A DNA stretch of 60,094 bases, filler included, from Nanobdellati archaeon (GTDB taxonomy: Archaea; Nanobdellota; Nanobdellia; Woesearchaeales; JAADFO01): the NCBI GenBank assembly GCA_013152815.1. It is 4 parts of 4 records of this genome, joined end to end, with 100 filler letters (N's around TTAATTAATTAA, not from the genome) between each part and the next. Parts side by side here need not be neighbours in the genome. Positions count along the whole stretch, not along the records: positions 1 to 18,143 come from JAADFO010000050.1; 3 more parts are not named here. The stretch is one strand, 5' to 3'. The notes under the pieces were generated by a model. It did no database searches. It was given only the letters and a program-made list of their open reading frames with translations, and was not told where the DNA came from. Both the position numbers and the translations under genes were made by a program. Below, piece after piece: positions 1 through 10,020 of the stretch (positions are counted from its first letter, which is position 1; each line of letters opens with the position of its first letter).

Positions 1-96
1 ATGATGACCAAAATATATAAAAAGGGCATCTCTATGAATCTTTCTTGCTTGAGGTCTATATTATCTTCAGCTACCTGGCTTTTTTTTGGGGGTCCC

Positions 97-996
97 ATGG
101 AACTTCGTCAACATCTGAAGAAAGCAGGGGCAGACGAGCAGCTCCTGGAACTGATCATGCTTCTCAGCAGGCTCAGCAGGAAGATCTCTGCGGCGTTCCT
201 CACCCATCAACACAGGACGTCGACCAGGAACATCCATGGTGAAGAGCAGATGGCTCTCGACAAGTACGCTGACAAGGTGTTCATCGAAGCCCTCGAGGAG
301 TCCCGACTGGTACGGACCATCGCCAGCGAGGAGCAGGATGACATCCTTGAGATCAAGAAAGCCACCGGGACCTTCGGCGTGGTCATGGATCCTCTGGACG
401 GGTCCTCTCTCATCGATGTCAACCTCACCGTCGGGACCATCATCGGGATCTACAATGAAGGCGACGTCCTGGAGCCCGGCAGCCGCATGGACGCTGCTCT
501 CTATATGCTCTACGGTCCGCTCACCTCCTTCGTCTACACCATCGGCAAGGGTGTCCACGAATTCTTCCTCGGCGATGATGGCCGTTTTCATCTCAACAGG
601 GAACGCATCATGATACCCGAGGGCAAGCTCATCGCTCCCGGAGCCTTGCGGAAGGACTGGCTCGGGTTCCACAGGAAGTTCATCAGCTCTCTGGAAGACA
701 GAGGCTACAAGCTACGCTATTCTGGTTCTTTTGTCGCAGATGTCCACCAGATACTCTTCAAAGGGGGCCTTTTCACCTATCCTGCAGACCGTCTCCACAA
801 GCAAGGGAAACTGCGGCTCCTCTTCGAGGCCAATCCCATGGGTCTCCTCATCGAACAGGCAGGCGGAAGGATCTCCGACGGCCAGGAAAACATCCGGAAG
901 AAGAAGCCTCAGTCCATCGCAGACCGGACCCCGCTCTATATCGGCGACCGAAAGCTCATCGAAGAGGTCGAGGCACTGCCTAAGGATGCTGCGTGA
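97..996 (+). CDS. fbp: Class 1 fructose-1,6-bisphosphatase
   Basis: DPLDGSS, RYSGSFVADVH and GKLRLLFEANP motifs; start placed at ATG 97 (MELRQH). Confidence 0.95.
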   Translation: MELRQHLKKAGADEQLLELIMLLSRLSRKISAAFLTHQHRTSTRNIHGEEQMALDKYADKVFIEALEESRLVRTIASEEQDDILEIKKATGTFGVVMDPLDGSSLIDVNLTVGTIIGIYNEGDVLEPGSRMDAALYMLYGPLTSFVYTIGKGVHEFFLGDDGRFHLNRERIMIPEGKLIAPGALRKDWLGFHRKFISSLEDRGYKLRYSGSFVADVHQILFKGGLFTYPADRLHKQGKLRLLFEANPMGLLIEQAGGRISDGQENIRKKKPQSIADRTPLYIGDRKLIEEVEALPKDAA

Positions 997-1109
997 TGAT
1001 GGGTCCTGATCCGCAGGGATCAAACAAAGGGGCATAAGTTTAATATACGCGCGAACTTCCCACAGAACATGCTTACTGAGCATAAAAACCGACACCAAGG
1101 TGAGAACGC

Positions 1110-2174
1110 ATGGAAGAATCCGAATCCGCAGAAGACATCCGACAGGCCGATACTGCAGGGGACTCCCCTGAGTCCGCAGACAATGAGAACATCGAGTATG
1201 TCGACGCTTCTCTCGCTGACGGGAAAGAGATAGACATCCCTGCCGATGTCCCCGAGGACCTTGAGGGTGAGTATGTCGAGAACTTCAAGATCGCGACCCA
1301 CAACACCGGCCGGCTCATGCTCTTTGCCGGTGACCAGAAGGTGGAGCATCTCAACAATGATTTTTATGGGACCTCTTCCCTCGGTCCGATCCCCGAGGAT
1401 GACAACCACCCCGAACATCTCTTCCGTATAGCAAGCCAGGGCACCATCGGCGTCTTCGCCGCCCAGCTGGGTCTCGTCGCCCGATACGGCCCGAAATACC
1501 CGGATGTCAACTATCTGGTCAAGCTCAACTCCAAGACCAATCTTGTGGGAAAAGACCAGATGGACCCCTATTCCCATCTTCTCTGGGACGTGGAACAGGT
1601 GGTGGCGCTCAAGGAGAGCAGCGACCTCAATATCCTCGGTGTCGGCTACACCATCTATCTGGGAAGCGAATATGAAGGAGACATGCTCGAGGAAGCTGCC
1701 CAGGTCATCAACGATGCCCATGCTGCAGGTCTTCTGGTGGTGCTCTGGATCTATCCGCGGGGCAAGGCGGTCCAGGACGAGAAGGACCCTCATCTGATCG
1801 CTGGAGCGACGGGTGTGGCCAACTGTCTTGGGGCAGACTTCGTCAAGGTCAACTATCCGAAAAAGGAAGGGGTGGACTCTGCGGTCGCGCTCAAAGAAGC
1901 GGTCCTCTCGGCAGGCAATACCCATGTGGTCTGCGCCGGAGGTTCGTCCACCGATTTCACAGAGTTCCTGGAACGGCTCCACCGACAGCTGCATGTGGGC
2001 GGGGTGAAGGGGAACGCCACCGGAAGGAACATCCATCAGAAGCCTCTTGACGTCGCTGTACGGATGTGCGACGCCATCTCTGCGCTCACATTGGGCCTGA
2101 AGGACGTGGAATTCGCCACGCGGGTGTACAAAGGAGAAGCGACCTTCAAGGCCAAGCCAAAGCAGTCGGAATGA
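1110..2174 (+). CDS. Class I (DhnA/FbaB-type) fructose-bisphosphate aldolase with acidic N-terminal extension
   Basis: AGDQKVEH, WIYPRG, GADFVKVNYP (Schiff-base Lys) and GRNIHQ motifs; lies between fbp and gap. Confidence 0.9.
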   Translation: MEESESAEDIRQADTAGDSPESADNENIEYVDASLADGKEIDIPADVPEDLEGEYVENFKIATHNTGRLMLFAGDQKVEHLNNDFYGTSSLGPIPEDDNHPEHLFRIASQGTIGVFAAQLGLVARYGPKYPDVNYLVKLNSKTNLVGKDQMDPYSHLLWDVEQVVALKESSDLNILGVGYTIYLGSEYEGDMLEEAAQVINDAHAAGLLVVLWIYPRGKAVQDEKDPHLIAGATGVANCLGADFVKVNYPKKEGVDSAVALKEAVLSAGNTHVVCAGGSSTDFTEFLERLHRQLHVGGVKGNATGRNIHQKPLDVAVRMCDAISALTLGLKDVEFATRVYKGEATFKAKPKQSE

Positions 2175-2257
2175 CAGGATCTGACAGGATATGCATTGCC
2201 GGGATGGCCTGACGCAGAAAAGACAGAAGCGGACGAAGGACAAGGAAGGTAACCACC

Positions 2258-3292
2258 ATGACCATCAACGTAGGCATAATGGGCTACGGGACCATCGGGA
2301 AACGTGTTGCTGACGCAGTCATCCTCCAGAAAGACATGAAGCTCGCAGGGGTGATGGCGCACTCCTACAATTTCCGCATCAGGCTCGCCCATGAAAGAGG
2401 GATCCCTGTCTTCGCCCAGAGCGAAGAGACCCGAAAAGTCCTCAAGCAGGAAGGGATCGAGACGTCGGGGATGACCGACGACCTCCTCAGGACAAGCGAC
2501 ATCATGGTCGATGCATCACCAAAACCCTATGGGCTGGCGAACAGGGAAAAGCTCTACAAACCGAACAAGGTGAAGGCGGTCTTCCAGGGAGGCGAGAAAG
2601 ATGATGTCGGACAGGTCTCCTTCAACGCCCAGTCGAACTATGAAGATGCCGTGGACAAGGATTACGTGCGGGTGGTCTCCTGCAACACCACTGGCCTGTC
2701 CCGTTCATTGCAGGCGCTGCACAAGGCCTTCTCCATCGAGATAGCGAGAGCGACCCTGGTCAGGCGGGCTGCAGACCCTTCCAACGTGAAAAGAGGACCG
2801 GTGAACGCCATCGTGCCGGCCATGGAGCTTCCTAGCCATCACGGACCAGACGTCCGGACGGTCATCCATGACCTGGAGGTCTTCACCACCGCGATGATCG
2901 TGCCCACGACCCTCATGCATCTCCACACGCTTCATGTCAAGCTCAAGAAACAGGCCGAGGTGGATGAGATCCTCGACGTCTTCAACCGCACCACGCGGCT
3001 GATGGTCATGCAGACGAGCGCCGGCATCAGCTCGACCGCAGGCATCCTGGAATATGCCAAGGACCGGGGATCGAAGCGGGGGGACATGATGGACCTCGCG
3101 GTCTGGGACAAGGGCGTAGGACTGCACCATAACGAGGTTTTCTTCATGCAGGCCGTCCACCAGGAATCCATCGTCGTGCCAGAGAACATCGATGCCATAC
3201 GGGCGATGATGGGCGAGCATGATGCACACGCCTCCATCGTGGCGACGAACAGGGCATTGGGCCTGCATAACCCTGAGCGGTTCGACTATTGA
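2258..3292 (+). CDS. gap: Archaeal type II glyceraldehyde-3-phosphate dehydrogenase
   Basis: GYGTIGKRVADA, RVVSCNTTG, PSHHGPDV and HQESIVVPENIDAIRAM motifs. Confidence 0.97.
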   Translation: MTINVGIMGYGTIGKRVADAVILQKDMKLAGVMAHSYNFRIRLAHERGIPVFAQSEETRKVLKQEGIETSGMTDDLLRTSDIMVDASPKPYGLANREKLYKPNKVKAVFQGGEKDDVGQVSFNAQSNYEDAVDKDYVRVVSCNTTGLSRSLQALHKAFSIEIARATLVRRAADPSNVKRGPVNAIVPAMELPSHHGPDVRTVIHDLEVFTTAMIVPTTLMHLHTLHVKLKKQAEVDEILDVFNRTTRLMVMQTSAGISSTAGILEYAKDRGSKRGDMMDLAVWDKGVGLHHNEVFFMQAVHQESIVVPENIDAIRAMMGEHDAHASIVATNRALGLHNPERFDY

Positions 3293-3419
3293 AGCTTTGC
3301 GACAGAACCCCGACAGGACCTCAAGACAGAAGATGACCGAACAATGACACGATCACACAGGACCGGAACTGAACAGAACTTCCCGGCCATTGCAAAAACA
3401 GGAGGGAGAGGTGAATGCC

Positions 3420-4532
3420 ATGATTATCGGGACGGTTAAGGAACTGGGAGACGGAGAGACCCGGGTCGCTCTTACCCCGTCGGGCGTGAAAGAACTGGTC
3501 AATGCCGGGCATCAGGTCCTCGTCGAGCATGGTGCTGGAGAGCGTGCCAGGATCAGCGACCAGGAATACCGGGCCATGGGCGCCAGGATCGTCTCCAGGG
3601 AGAAAGCATGGGCATGCGACATGATGGTCCAGGTCAATATCGCACCTCCAGGGGACTATCGGCATTTCAGGAACAGCCAGATCATCTTCACCTATTTCCA
3701 TCTTCCATCGACCCAGAAACGGCTTACCGAACTCTTGCTCAGGAAGAACATCATCGCCCTTGCCTGTGAGACCGTGGAACAGGACGGTATCCTGCCGCTT
3801 CTGGTCCCCACAAGCCAGGTCGCGGGAAGGATGGCCATCACCATGGGTGCCTATTACCTGTCAGGCCACAAGGGCGGAAGAGGAAAGCTCCTTGCCGGAG
3901 TCCCCGGAGTTCCCGGCGCGAACGTGCTCATCATCGGCGCAGGAAATGTCGGCACGAATGCGGCCGGCATGGCCGTGGGCATGGGCGCCAACGTGACGGT
4001 CCTCTCCAGAGACTCGACGAAACTCAAGCATCTTGAGGATGTCCATCATGGGTCCATACGGACGGTCACCAGCAACGACTATAACCTGCGGCTCGAGATC
4101 AAGGATGCGGACATCGTGGTGAGCGCTGTCCTCCGCAAAGGAGAGAAAGCGCCGAAGCTCATCACCACAGACATGGTCAAGAGCATGAAACGCGGAGCGG
4201 TCATCATCGACGTGGCCATCGACCAGGGCGGTTCGGTCTCCACTTCCCGGAAGACGACCCACAGGAACCCGATCTTCGAGAAGTACGGAGTCATCCACTA
4301 CTGTGTCTCGAACATGCCTGCTGCATATCCCCGGACAGCGACCTTCGCCCTCACCAACGCGACCTTGCCCTATATACTGAAGATCGCCAACCAGGGGCTC
4401 ATCAAGGCGCTGGACAATGACCCTGGCCTCGCCAAGGGCGTGAACACCATGGACGGCTACATCACCTACAAGGAGCTGGCAAAGACCCTGCGTATGGGCC
4501 ATGCCTACAAGTCACTGAAAGAACTGCTCTGA
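3420..4532 (+). CDS. ald: Alanine dehydrogenase (AlaDH/PNT family)
   Basis: MIIGTVKE...[20 protein letters not shown] and HYCVSNMP motifs. Confidence 0.88.
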   Translation: MIIGTVKELGDGETRVALTPSGVKELVNAGHQVLVEHGAGERARISDQEYRAMGARIVSREKAWACDMMVQVNIAPPGDYRHFRNSQIIFTYFHLPSTQKRLTELLLRKNIIALACETVEQDGILPLLVPTSQVAGRMAITMGAYYLSGHKGGRGKLLAGVPGVPGANVLIIGAGNVGTNAAGMAVGMGANVTVLSRDSTKLKHLEDVHHGSIRTVTSNDYNLRLEIKDADIVVSAVLRKGEKAPKLITTDMVKSMKRGAVIIDVAIDQGGSVSTSRKTTHRNPIFEKYGVIHYCVSNMPAAYPRTATFALTNATLPYILKIANQGLIKALDNDPGLAKGVNTMDGYITYKELAKTLRMGHAYKSLKELL

Positions 4533-4592
4533 GCAGGGAACCTGTGACCTGGGCTGCTCGGGGCGGATGTGTTCTGGCATCTGGGCTGTTTT

Positions 4593-5522
4593 CTATGTTT
4601 TTCGTGTTTTCTGTGTTCTCTTTCTCTTTCCTTCTCTCTTTTCCACCCGTTGCCAGGCCAGATAGGCGTTCCCCAGGATGCCTGCCTTTCCTGCAAGCTT
4701 CCGCTTGACGATCGGTGGCGGGCTGAAGAGGACGCGTTGCCGCACGGTCTCCTTGACGCATCTTCCCAGATACTGCCACGCATTGGCGATGTTGCCTCCG
4801 ATGATGACCACATCAGGATCGAACGAGTGGATGAGGTTGGTGACCGCAACGCCCAGGTAGAACCCTTCTTTTCCCCAGATTTTCGCAGCGAGAGCATGTT
4901 TCTTCCTCGCCAGGTCGAAGAGGTCTTTCGGCGTCTCGACCCGGATACCCATCTTCCTCGCACGGTTGATGACGCCCCTGATGGAGACATATTCCTCCAG
5001 GTCGCCGTCGTTGCCGAGCCGGTTCCTGAGTCCGTCATACTTGATGCAGGTGTGTCCAAGCTCTCCGGCGTTCCCTCTGCCCTTGAAGAGCTGCTTGTCG
5101 ATGACGATGCCTCCGCCGCAGCCAGTACCTATGGTGAGGCCGATGACGACGCGCTTTCCTTTGCCTGCTCCGTAGATGGCCTCTCCCAGGATGTAAGATG
5201 ATGCATCATTCTCCAGAGAGACGGGAACATGGAACCAGCTCCTGACGAGCCGCTTGAGGTTGACCTTGTACAGCGGGATGTTCGGTGTCCTGAGGATGAT
5301 GCCTCTCTCGGTGTCCAACGGACCAGGAGATCCTATGCCTATGGCCCTGACCCTCTTGTCGAAGATCTTTCCAATGACCGCGTGTATGTTGGCGATGACC
5401 GCCTCTTTCCCTTTCGGCGATCCGGTCTTTACTATGGCTGTCCTGAGCACCTTTCCAGAGCGGGTGACCAGCCCGGCTTTCAGGGTCGTCGCTCCGATAT
5501 CGAGGCCGATGACGAGATCCAT
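4593..5522 (-). CDS. ROK-family sugar kinase (glucokinase-like)
   Basis: GLDIGAT, ENDA, GTGCGGG and AGELGH motifs. Confidence 0.9.
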   Translation of the reverse strand: MDLVIGLDIGATTLKAGLVTRSGKVLRTAIVKTGSPKGKEAVIANIHAVIGKIFDKRVRAIGIGSPGPLDTERGIILRTPNIPLYKVNLKRLVRSWFHVPVSLENDASSYILGEAIYGAGKGKRVVIGLTIGTGCGGGIVIDKQLFKGRGNAGELGHTCIKYDGLRNRLGNDGDLEEYVSIRGVINRARKMGIRVETPKDLFDLARKKHALAAKIWGKEGFYLGVAVTNLIHSFDPDVVIIGGNIANAWQYLGRCVKETVRQRVLFSPPPIVKRKLAGKAGILGNAYLAWQRVEKREGKRKRTQKTRKT

Positions 5523-5622
5523 GCTACCTCCAAGGTCCCTGCCTATTTAATGTTTTTTACTGGTCATGGAAAAATCGAGCAAAAGGTTTATATCCTTCCC
5601 CTGCGATAATTTCCCTGTCACC

Positions 5623-6255
5623 ATGTTCGCCATACTCGCTTTCGGGGACAGCATCGTCCAGGGCAGGAAGGCCCCTGCTTCCAGAGGATGGGTCCAGCTG
5701 CTCAAGGAGGATTTCGAATACAGAGGGGACCATCACTATGTCTTCAATCTCGGCGTTCCCGGAGACACAAGCTTTACGCTTTTGAAACGGCTTGCTGCGG
5801 AATCCCAGGCACGGCTGCATCACCGTCGGGAAGGCGACCGGATCGTCCTCCTCATCGGTGTCGGCACCAACGACGCGAAATGCGTAGGCAGTCCTGATAT
5901 CCATGAGACCGACCCCGCGCATTTCAGGAAGAACCTGCATGAGCTCATCGGCCAGGCCAGGACCTTCACCGACAGGGTGGCGCTCATAGGATTATTGCCG
6001 GTGGACGAGAGCAAGGTCAGCCCCTATGGGGATACCTGGTTCACCAACGCCCGGCAAGGGGAGTACAACACCATCATCAAAGAGGTCTGCGGCTGGGAAA
6101 AGACCTTGTTCATCGACCCGTCCGGCCGGTGGCAGCAGGATGATCATCTGCGCTTTCTGGAGGACGGACTCCACCCTAACGGCATCGGTCACCGGCGGCT
6201 CTATGAACAGATCCATGGAGCGTTGACCAAGCACGGCATCCTCAAAGAGGATTGA
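5623..6255 (+). CDS. SGNH/GDSL-family hydrolase
   Basis: FGDS, NLGVPG, GTND and DGLHPN blocks. Confidence 0.9.
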   Translation: MFAILAFGDSIVQGRKAPASRGWVQLLKEDFEYRGDHHYVFNLGVPGDTSFTLLKRLAAESQARLHHRREGDRIVLLIGVGTNDAKCVGSPDIHETDPAHFRKNLHELIGQARTFTDRVALIGLLPVDESKVSPYGDTWFTNARQGEYNTIIKEVCGWEKTLFIDPSGRWQQDDHLRFLEDGLHPNGIGHRRLYEQIHGALTKHGILKED

Positions 6256-6257
6256 CC

Positions 6258-6995
6258 ATGGATGCATATGCCTTTGCTGAACCGCTGGAGGAAGGGATCA
6301 TCCTGGAGCGGCCCAACCGGTTCATCATGATGGTGCAGAAGGGCGGCAAGGTCCATCGCTGCCATTGCCCCTCCACCGGAAGGATCGGCAACCTCGTCTT
6401 CCGGGACATCCCCTGCCTGCTCTCTTCGGCCAGGACAGAAGGCAGGAGCACGGCCTATACCGTGGAGGCCATCTCCCTCGATGCTCCTGAGAAAAAGAGG
6501 AAGTCCTGGATCGGCATCAACCAGGGCAAGGTCAACGCCTATGTCGAGCATTTCCTCAGGACCGGCCAGCTGGATGGCATGATCAAAAAAGGAGCAACGG
6601 TTGAACGAGAGCGGAAGCTCGGCGATTCCCGCATCGACTTCCGGATCGGCAGGCATTATCTCGAGGTCAAGATGCCCCTCATCACCCTTCCGACCGGCGG
6701 GCCGGCCCTCCGAAAGCCAGGAAGCAGGTTCGATTCCTTCGACAGGCTCATCAGGCATTTCCATGATCTGGGCAGGAGCCTTCATGGAGATTCCAGAGCC
6801 TTGGTCATCCTCTGCTATGCCTACGATGCCAGGCCTTTCCAGCCTCCGCCTCTGGACAGGACCAACAGCAGGATCATCAGAGCAGCAAGAGAAGCGAGCA
6901 GGAAAGGCGTCGAGAACTGGCAGATCAACATGCGCGTCACACCGAAGGGCGTCAGACTCCTGAAATGCTTTCCCCTGGATCTTTTCTCTTCATGA
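6258..6995 (+). CDS. sfsA: SfsA-family DNA/RNA nuclease
   Basis: RPNRF, HCPSTGR, SRIDF and YLEVK motifs. Confidence 0.85.
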   Translation: MDAYAFAEPLEEGIILERPNRFIMMVQKGGKVHRCHCPSTGRIGNLVFRDIPCLLSSARTEGRSTAYTVEAISLDAPEKKRKSWIGINQGKVNAYVEHFLRTGQLDGMIKKGATVERERKLGDSRIDFRIGRHYLEVKMPLITLPTGGPALRKPGSRFDSFDRLIRHFHDLGRSLHGDSRALVILCYAYDARPFQPPPLDRTNSRIIRAAREASRKGVENWQINMRVTPKGVRLLKCFPLDLFSS

Positions 6996-7133
6996 TCCGG
7001 GTATTGAATTATTGCACCAATCCTGCATCGGCGGGTTCTAGATTCTAGAACAGATGCTATATTCTAAAAAGAATACCCTTGCAGCTTCGAACTCCGCATT
7101 CGTAGACGGAAATCCTGTCTTTGATGTCCGACC

Positions 7134-8414
7134 TCAGTCTAAGACTTCTCCACGCAGGTCAAAGGTCGTCGTGTCGGTGATTCTCACCTCAATGATGTCG
7201 CCGAGCTTATGGTTTCCTTTGACAACAACGGGTTTGTAGGCATAATTGCGGCCGACCCAGGTCTTGTCTTTTCCTTTTTCGTCGATGAGGACTGTTCCTT
7301 TCCAGCCGAGCCACTTCGCGTTCTCTTCCCGGGAGATGCGTTCATACAGTCCGGTGAGGATGCGGCTCCTCCTTTTCCTTTCCCGGCCGTGCAGCTGCTC
7401 CATCTCTGCTGCGGGCGTCCCTTCCCTCTCAACATAGCGGGAGATGTTGATGACCGGCGTTCGCGTTTCTTCCACGATCCTGAGCGTGTCCTGGAACTCC
7501 TCTTCGGTCTCTCCGGGAAAGCCGACGATGATGTCTGTCGCTATCGTGATGTCAGGATAGGCTTTCTTCAGGGTCTTCACCAGGTTCACATAGTCATTGA
7601 CCCTATAGGTCCGGTTCATGGCCTTGAGGATCCGGTCATTGCCAGACTGCAGCGGTATGTGGATGAAACGGAAGATGTTTTTTGCCTTGTAGGCTTCCAG
7701 CAGGTCTGGAAGGACTTTCCTGATGTTGTCCGGATTCGCCATGCCCAGTCTTGTCCAGAAGGTTCCCCGCAGGTTGCCGATCTCTTTGCAGAGCCTGCCG
7801 AACTCGAACTGCTTGTAGAGGTCAAGGCCATAGGCGCCATTATCCTGTGAGGTCAGCCATATCTCCTTTGCGCCGTTGAAGACCGCTTCCCGGACCTCTT
7901 CGAGGATGGCCTCCTTCGGGTAGGAATGGACCTTTCCCTTGATGAGCCTGGTCGAGCAGAAGCTGCATCTATTGAGGCAGCCTTCGCTTATGAGGATGAT
8001 GTGGACAGCATTGTTCTTCCGTATCTTTGGGATGCGGATCTTCTCGATGCGTCCTGTATTCGCGCCGGTGACCTCGATGAGCTGTTTTCCTGCAATAGCT
8101 GCCGGAATATGGTCTATGTGATGGGTATCAAGAAGCGAGATCTGGTCGTCGACGGCTTTCACACCCTGGACGATCCGGTCGGTGATGCAGCCCGTTATCA
8201 GGAGTTGGGCTTTCGGATGCGCTTCCTTCATCCTCCGGATCTCCTTGAGCGATTTTGCATCTCCCTTGACCGTGCAGATGTTGAGGATGATGGTGTCTGC
8301 ATCCTCCTCCCTCTCGGTAAGGTGATGGCCCTGTCCGGTGAGCATGCCTGCCATAAGCTCTGCATCATGGAGGTTGGCGCTACAGCCGAAAGAGCGGATG
8401 GCGACTTTTTTCAT
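7134..8414 (-). CDS. Radical-SAM tRNA methylthiotransferase (MiaB/MtaB family, archaeal e-MtaB-like) with TRAM domain
   Basis: N-terminal FGC and NICTV, CxxxCxxC (CLNRCSFC), DIIVGFPGET, C-terminal TRAM-like segment. Confidence 0.92.
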   Translation of the reverse strand: MKKVAIRSFGCSANLHDAELMAGMLTGQGHHLTEREEDADTIILNICTVKGDAKSLKEIRRMKEAHPKAQLLITGCITDRIVQGVKAVDDQISLLDTHHIDHIPAAIAGKQLIEVTGANTGRIEKIRIPKIRKNNAVHIILISEGCLNRCSFCSTRLIKGKVHSYPKEAILEEVREAVFNGAKEIWLTSQDNGAYGLDLYKQFEFGRLCKEIGNLRGTFWTRLGMANPDNIRKVLPDLLEAYKAKNIFRFIHIPLQSGNDRILKAMNRTYRVNDYVNLVKTLKKAYPDITIATDIIVGFPGETEEEFQDTLRIVEETRTPVINISRYVEREGTPAAEMEQLHGRERKRRSRILTGLYERISREENAKWLGWKGTVLIDEKGKDKTWVGRNYAYKPVVVKGNHKLGDIIEVRITDTTTFDLRGEVLD

Positions 8415-8986
8415 TGTCCTTCAAGAACCTTGAGCAGTGTCAGGTCATGATAGGTTCCCACTTCCTCTTTCTTGATCCTGTGGAAACCGAAGGGTTCAAG
8501 CAGGGCTGCAATCCTGTCAGATGAGATCCTTATTTCCCTGGGCGGACCTGCAGTCGCATCCTTCTTGAACTCGACGATGGCAAGGAGGCCGTCTCTTTTC
8601 AGGAGACCATCGCAGTTCTCCTTGACCTGATCAAGCTCCTTGTTCGCGACAAAACCGTGGAAGACATTGGCCATGAGGATCCTGTCGAAGCGCTTTCCCT
8701 TGAGATCCATCGCTTTGGTGAAATCCGCTTCAATGACATCGATATTGCTGATGTGTCTGTCCTTCATCTCATTCTCCAGGAGAGCGAGTGAAGGGGCGTG
8801 CACATCGACTGCGGTCACGTCCCCTTCCCTGTCGACGATCCTTGCCGCGACAAGCGAGATGTGGCCGTCTCCTGCTCCCACGTCAAGGAATGACATCCCT
8901 TTATCGAGGCCCATGGCCTGGAGCACCCTCTCCGGATCAAGGATGTCCCTGCTCGACTTTCCTGCATGGTGATGGTGTTTGTCCAT
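8411..8986 (-). CDS. Class I SAM-dependent methyltransferase with His-rich N-terminus
   Basis: FLDVGAGDG motif I; start MDKHHHHAG. Confidence 0.85.
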   Translation of the reverse strand: MDKHHHHAGKSSRDILDPERVLQAMGLDKGMSFLDVGAGDGHISLVAARIVDREGDVTAVDVHAPSLALLENEMKDRHISNIDVIEADFTKAMDLKGKRFDRILMANVFHGFVANKELDQVKENCDGLLKRDGLLAIVEFKKDATAGPPREIRISSDRIAALLEPFGFHRIKKEEVGTYHDLTLLKVLEGQ

Positions 8987-9072
8987 CCTCTTCCGGGGGC
9001 GGCTCTGCTTTAAAAGGATTGCTGAGAAACAGCCTCCTATCCCTGACACGCCGTGCCTTCAGGATATTCTTC

Positions 9073-9249
9073 CTATTCAAGAACTTCGATGGTCAGCTTG
9101 ACCTTCCTGGTCTGTCCCACTTCAGGGACCATGGAGGTCATCAGGTCGCCGAACAGGTTCTCTTTGTCCCTGAATCCCACATGGGCGAATCTCTTGCCGC
9201 CGAGCTCTTCGATCTCATGGAAAAGCTCGCCTTCGATGGTCTTTTTCAT
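9073..9249 (-). CDS. Small hypothetical protein, 58 aa (below ORF-track cutoff)
   Basis: Manual translation MKKTIEGELFHEIEELGGKRFAHVGFRDKENLFGDLMTSMVPEVGQTRKVKLTIEVLE; host-like codons; TATA-like ATATAAA just upstream. Confidence 0.7.
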   Translation of the reverse strand: MKKTIEGELFHEIEELGGKRFAHVGFRDKENLFGDLMTSMVPEVGQTRKVKLTIEVLE

Positions 9250-9364
9250 GGCTTCTGCTCACGTTTTCTCCTTTATATTGGTTGCCCTTTCCCGGAGTTC
9301 CCTTTCCTTTTCCCTTCGGTGGGACACCAGCCACCTTCGCAGGATCTGCCGGCCTCTTTTTTCC

Positions 9365-9589
9365 GGCTATTATGAGATCCTCTGCTTTTTTTGCCGAATG
9401 CATGATCGTCTGTGCCATCAATGTCAGCATTTCCGACTGAAAGGAAGACAATGATGGCTGGCCAGACATAATCGACGGGGTTCGTATACAGCGTATACGG
9501 TTCCCTTTGGTGCCAGCAACTTGTTGCTGAGCATCGTCGATGGAGTAGGTCATGCATTTGGCATGTTCTTGCAGGATTTCATAATAACC
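9365..9589. mobile_element. MITE-like element, family 1, copy A (225 bp)
   Basis: Termini GGCTATTATG...CATAATAACC; similar to 31241-31327 and 40938-41184; flanks share CTTTTTTCC / CCTTTTTCC. Confidence 0.8.
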
Positions 9590-9641
9590 CCCTTTTTCCA
9601 CAAGCTTTAAATATGCTCAATCCTCCATACGCTCGAGGATA

Positions 9642-9956
9642 ATGGCTGAAGATACCCTGAGTCTAGGAGGCAGCATCAAGCTGACCGGATTTTCTGAAAT
9701 CGATTCTGCAGATATGATAGTAGTCAAGAAGATCGTCGGCAACTATGTCAAGAAGATGTCAGAGATGACAGCGTTCCAGGAACTGCAGCTGACCCTGAAG
9801 AAGGTCCATGCTAAAGAAGGCGATCCCATCTTCGAGATACATGGAAAGGTGCTCGGGAAGAAGAAAGTCTATACGAGCGAGATCGATGACCGCAATCTTT
9901 ACGTTGGCCTTGACCTTGTCCTGAAGAAACTCTCTTCTGAGATGGGAATCAAGTAG
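9642..9956 (+). CDS. Hypothetical protein resembling HPF/RaiA ribosome hibernation factor
   Basis: 104 aa; C-terminal DRNLYVGLDLVLKKL resembles the HPF helix consensus; alternating strand/helix pattern. Confidence 0.55.
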   Translation: MAEDTLSLGGSIKLTGFSEIDSADMIVVKKIVGNYVKKMSEMTAFQELQLTLKKVHAKEGDPIFEIHGKVLGKKKVYTSEIDDRNLYVGLDLVLKKLSSEMGIK

Positions 9957-10020
9957 GTATGCAGACTTTCTCCTTTTTTTTGGCAAAGCTATTTTAAGAA
10001 GGGTTCATTTCGGATGCTCT

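Noticed and set aside
6999..7078. Nested inverted repeats (GGGTATT/AATACCC; GTTCTAGA/TCTAGAAC)
   Set aside because: No target duplication and a single copy between convergent genes; probably a terminator-like hairpin.
9215..9601. ORFs sharing SFQSEMLT (9215-9601 and 40746-41152 region)
   Set aside because: The similarity comes from the MITE DNA; frames and lengths differ between copies.
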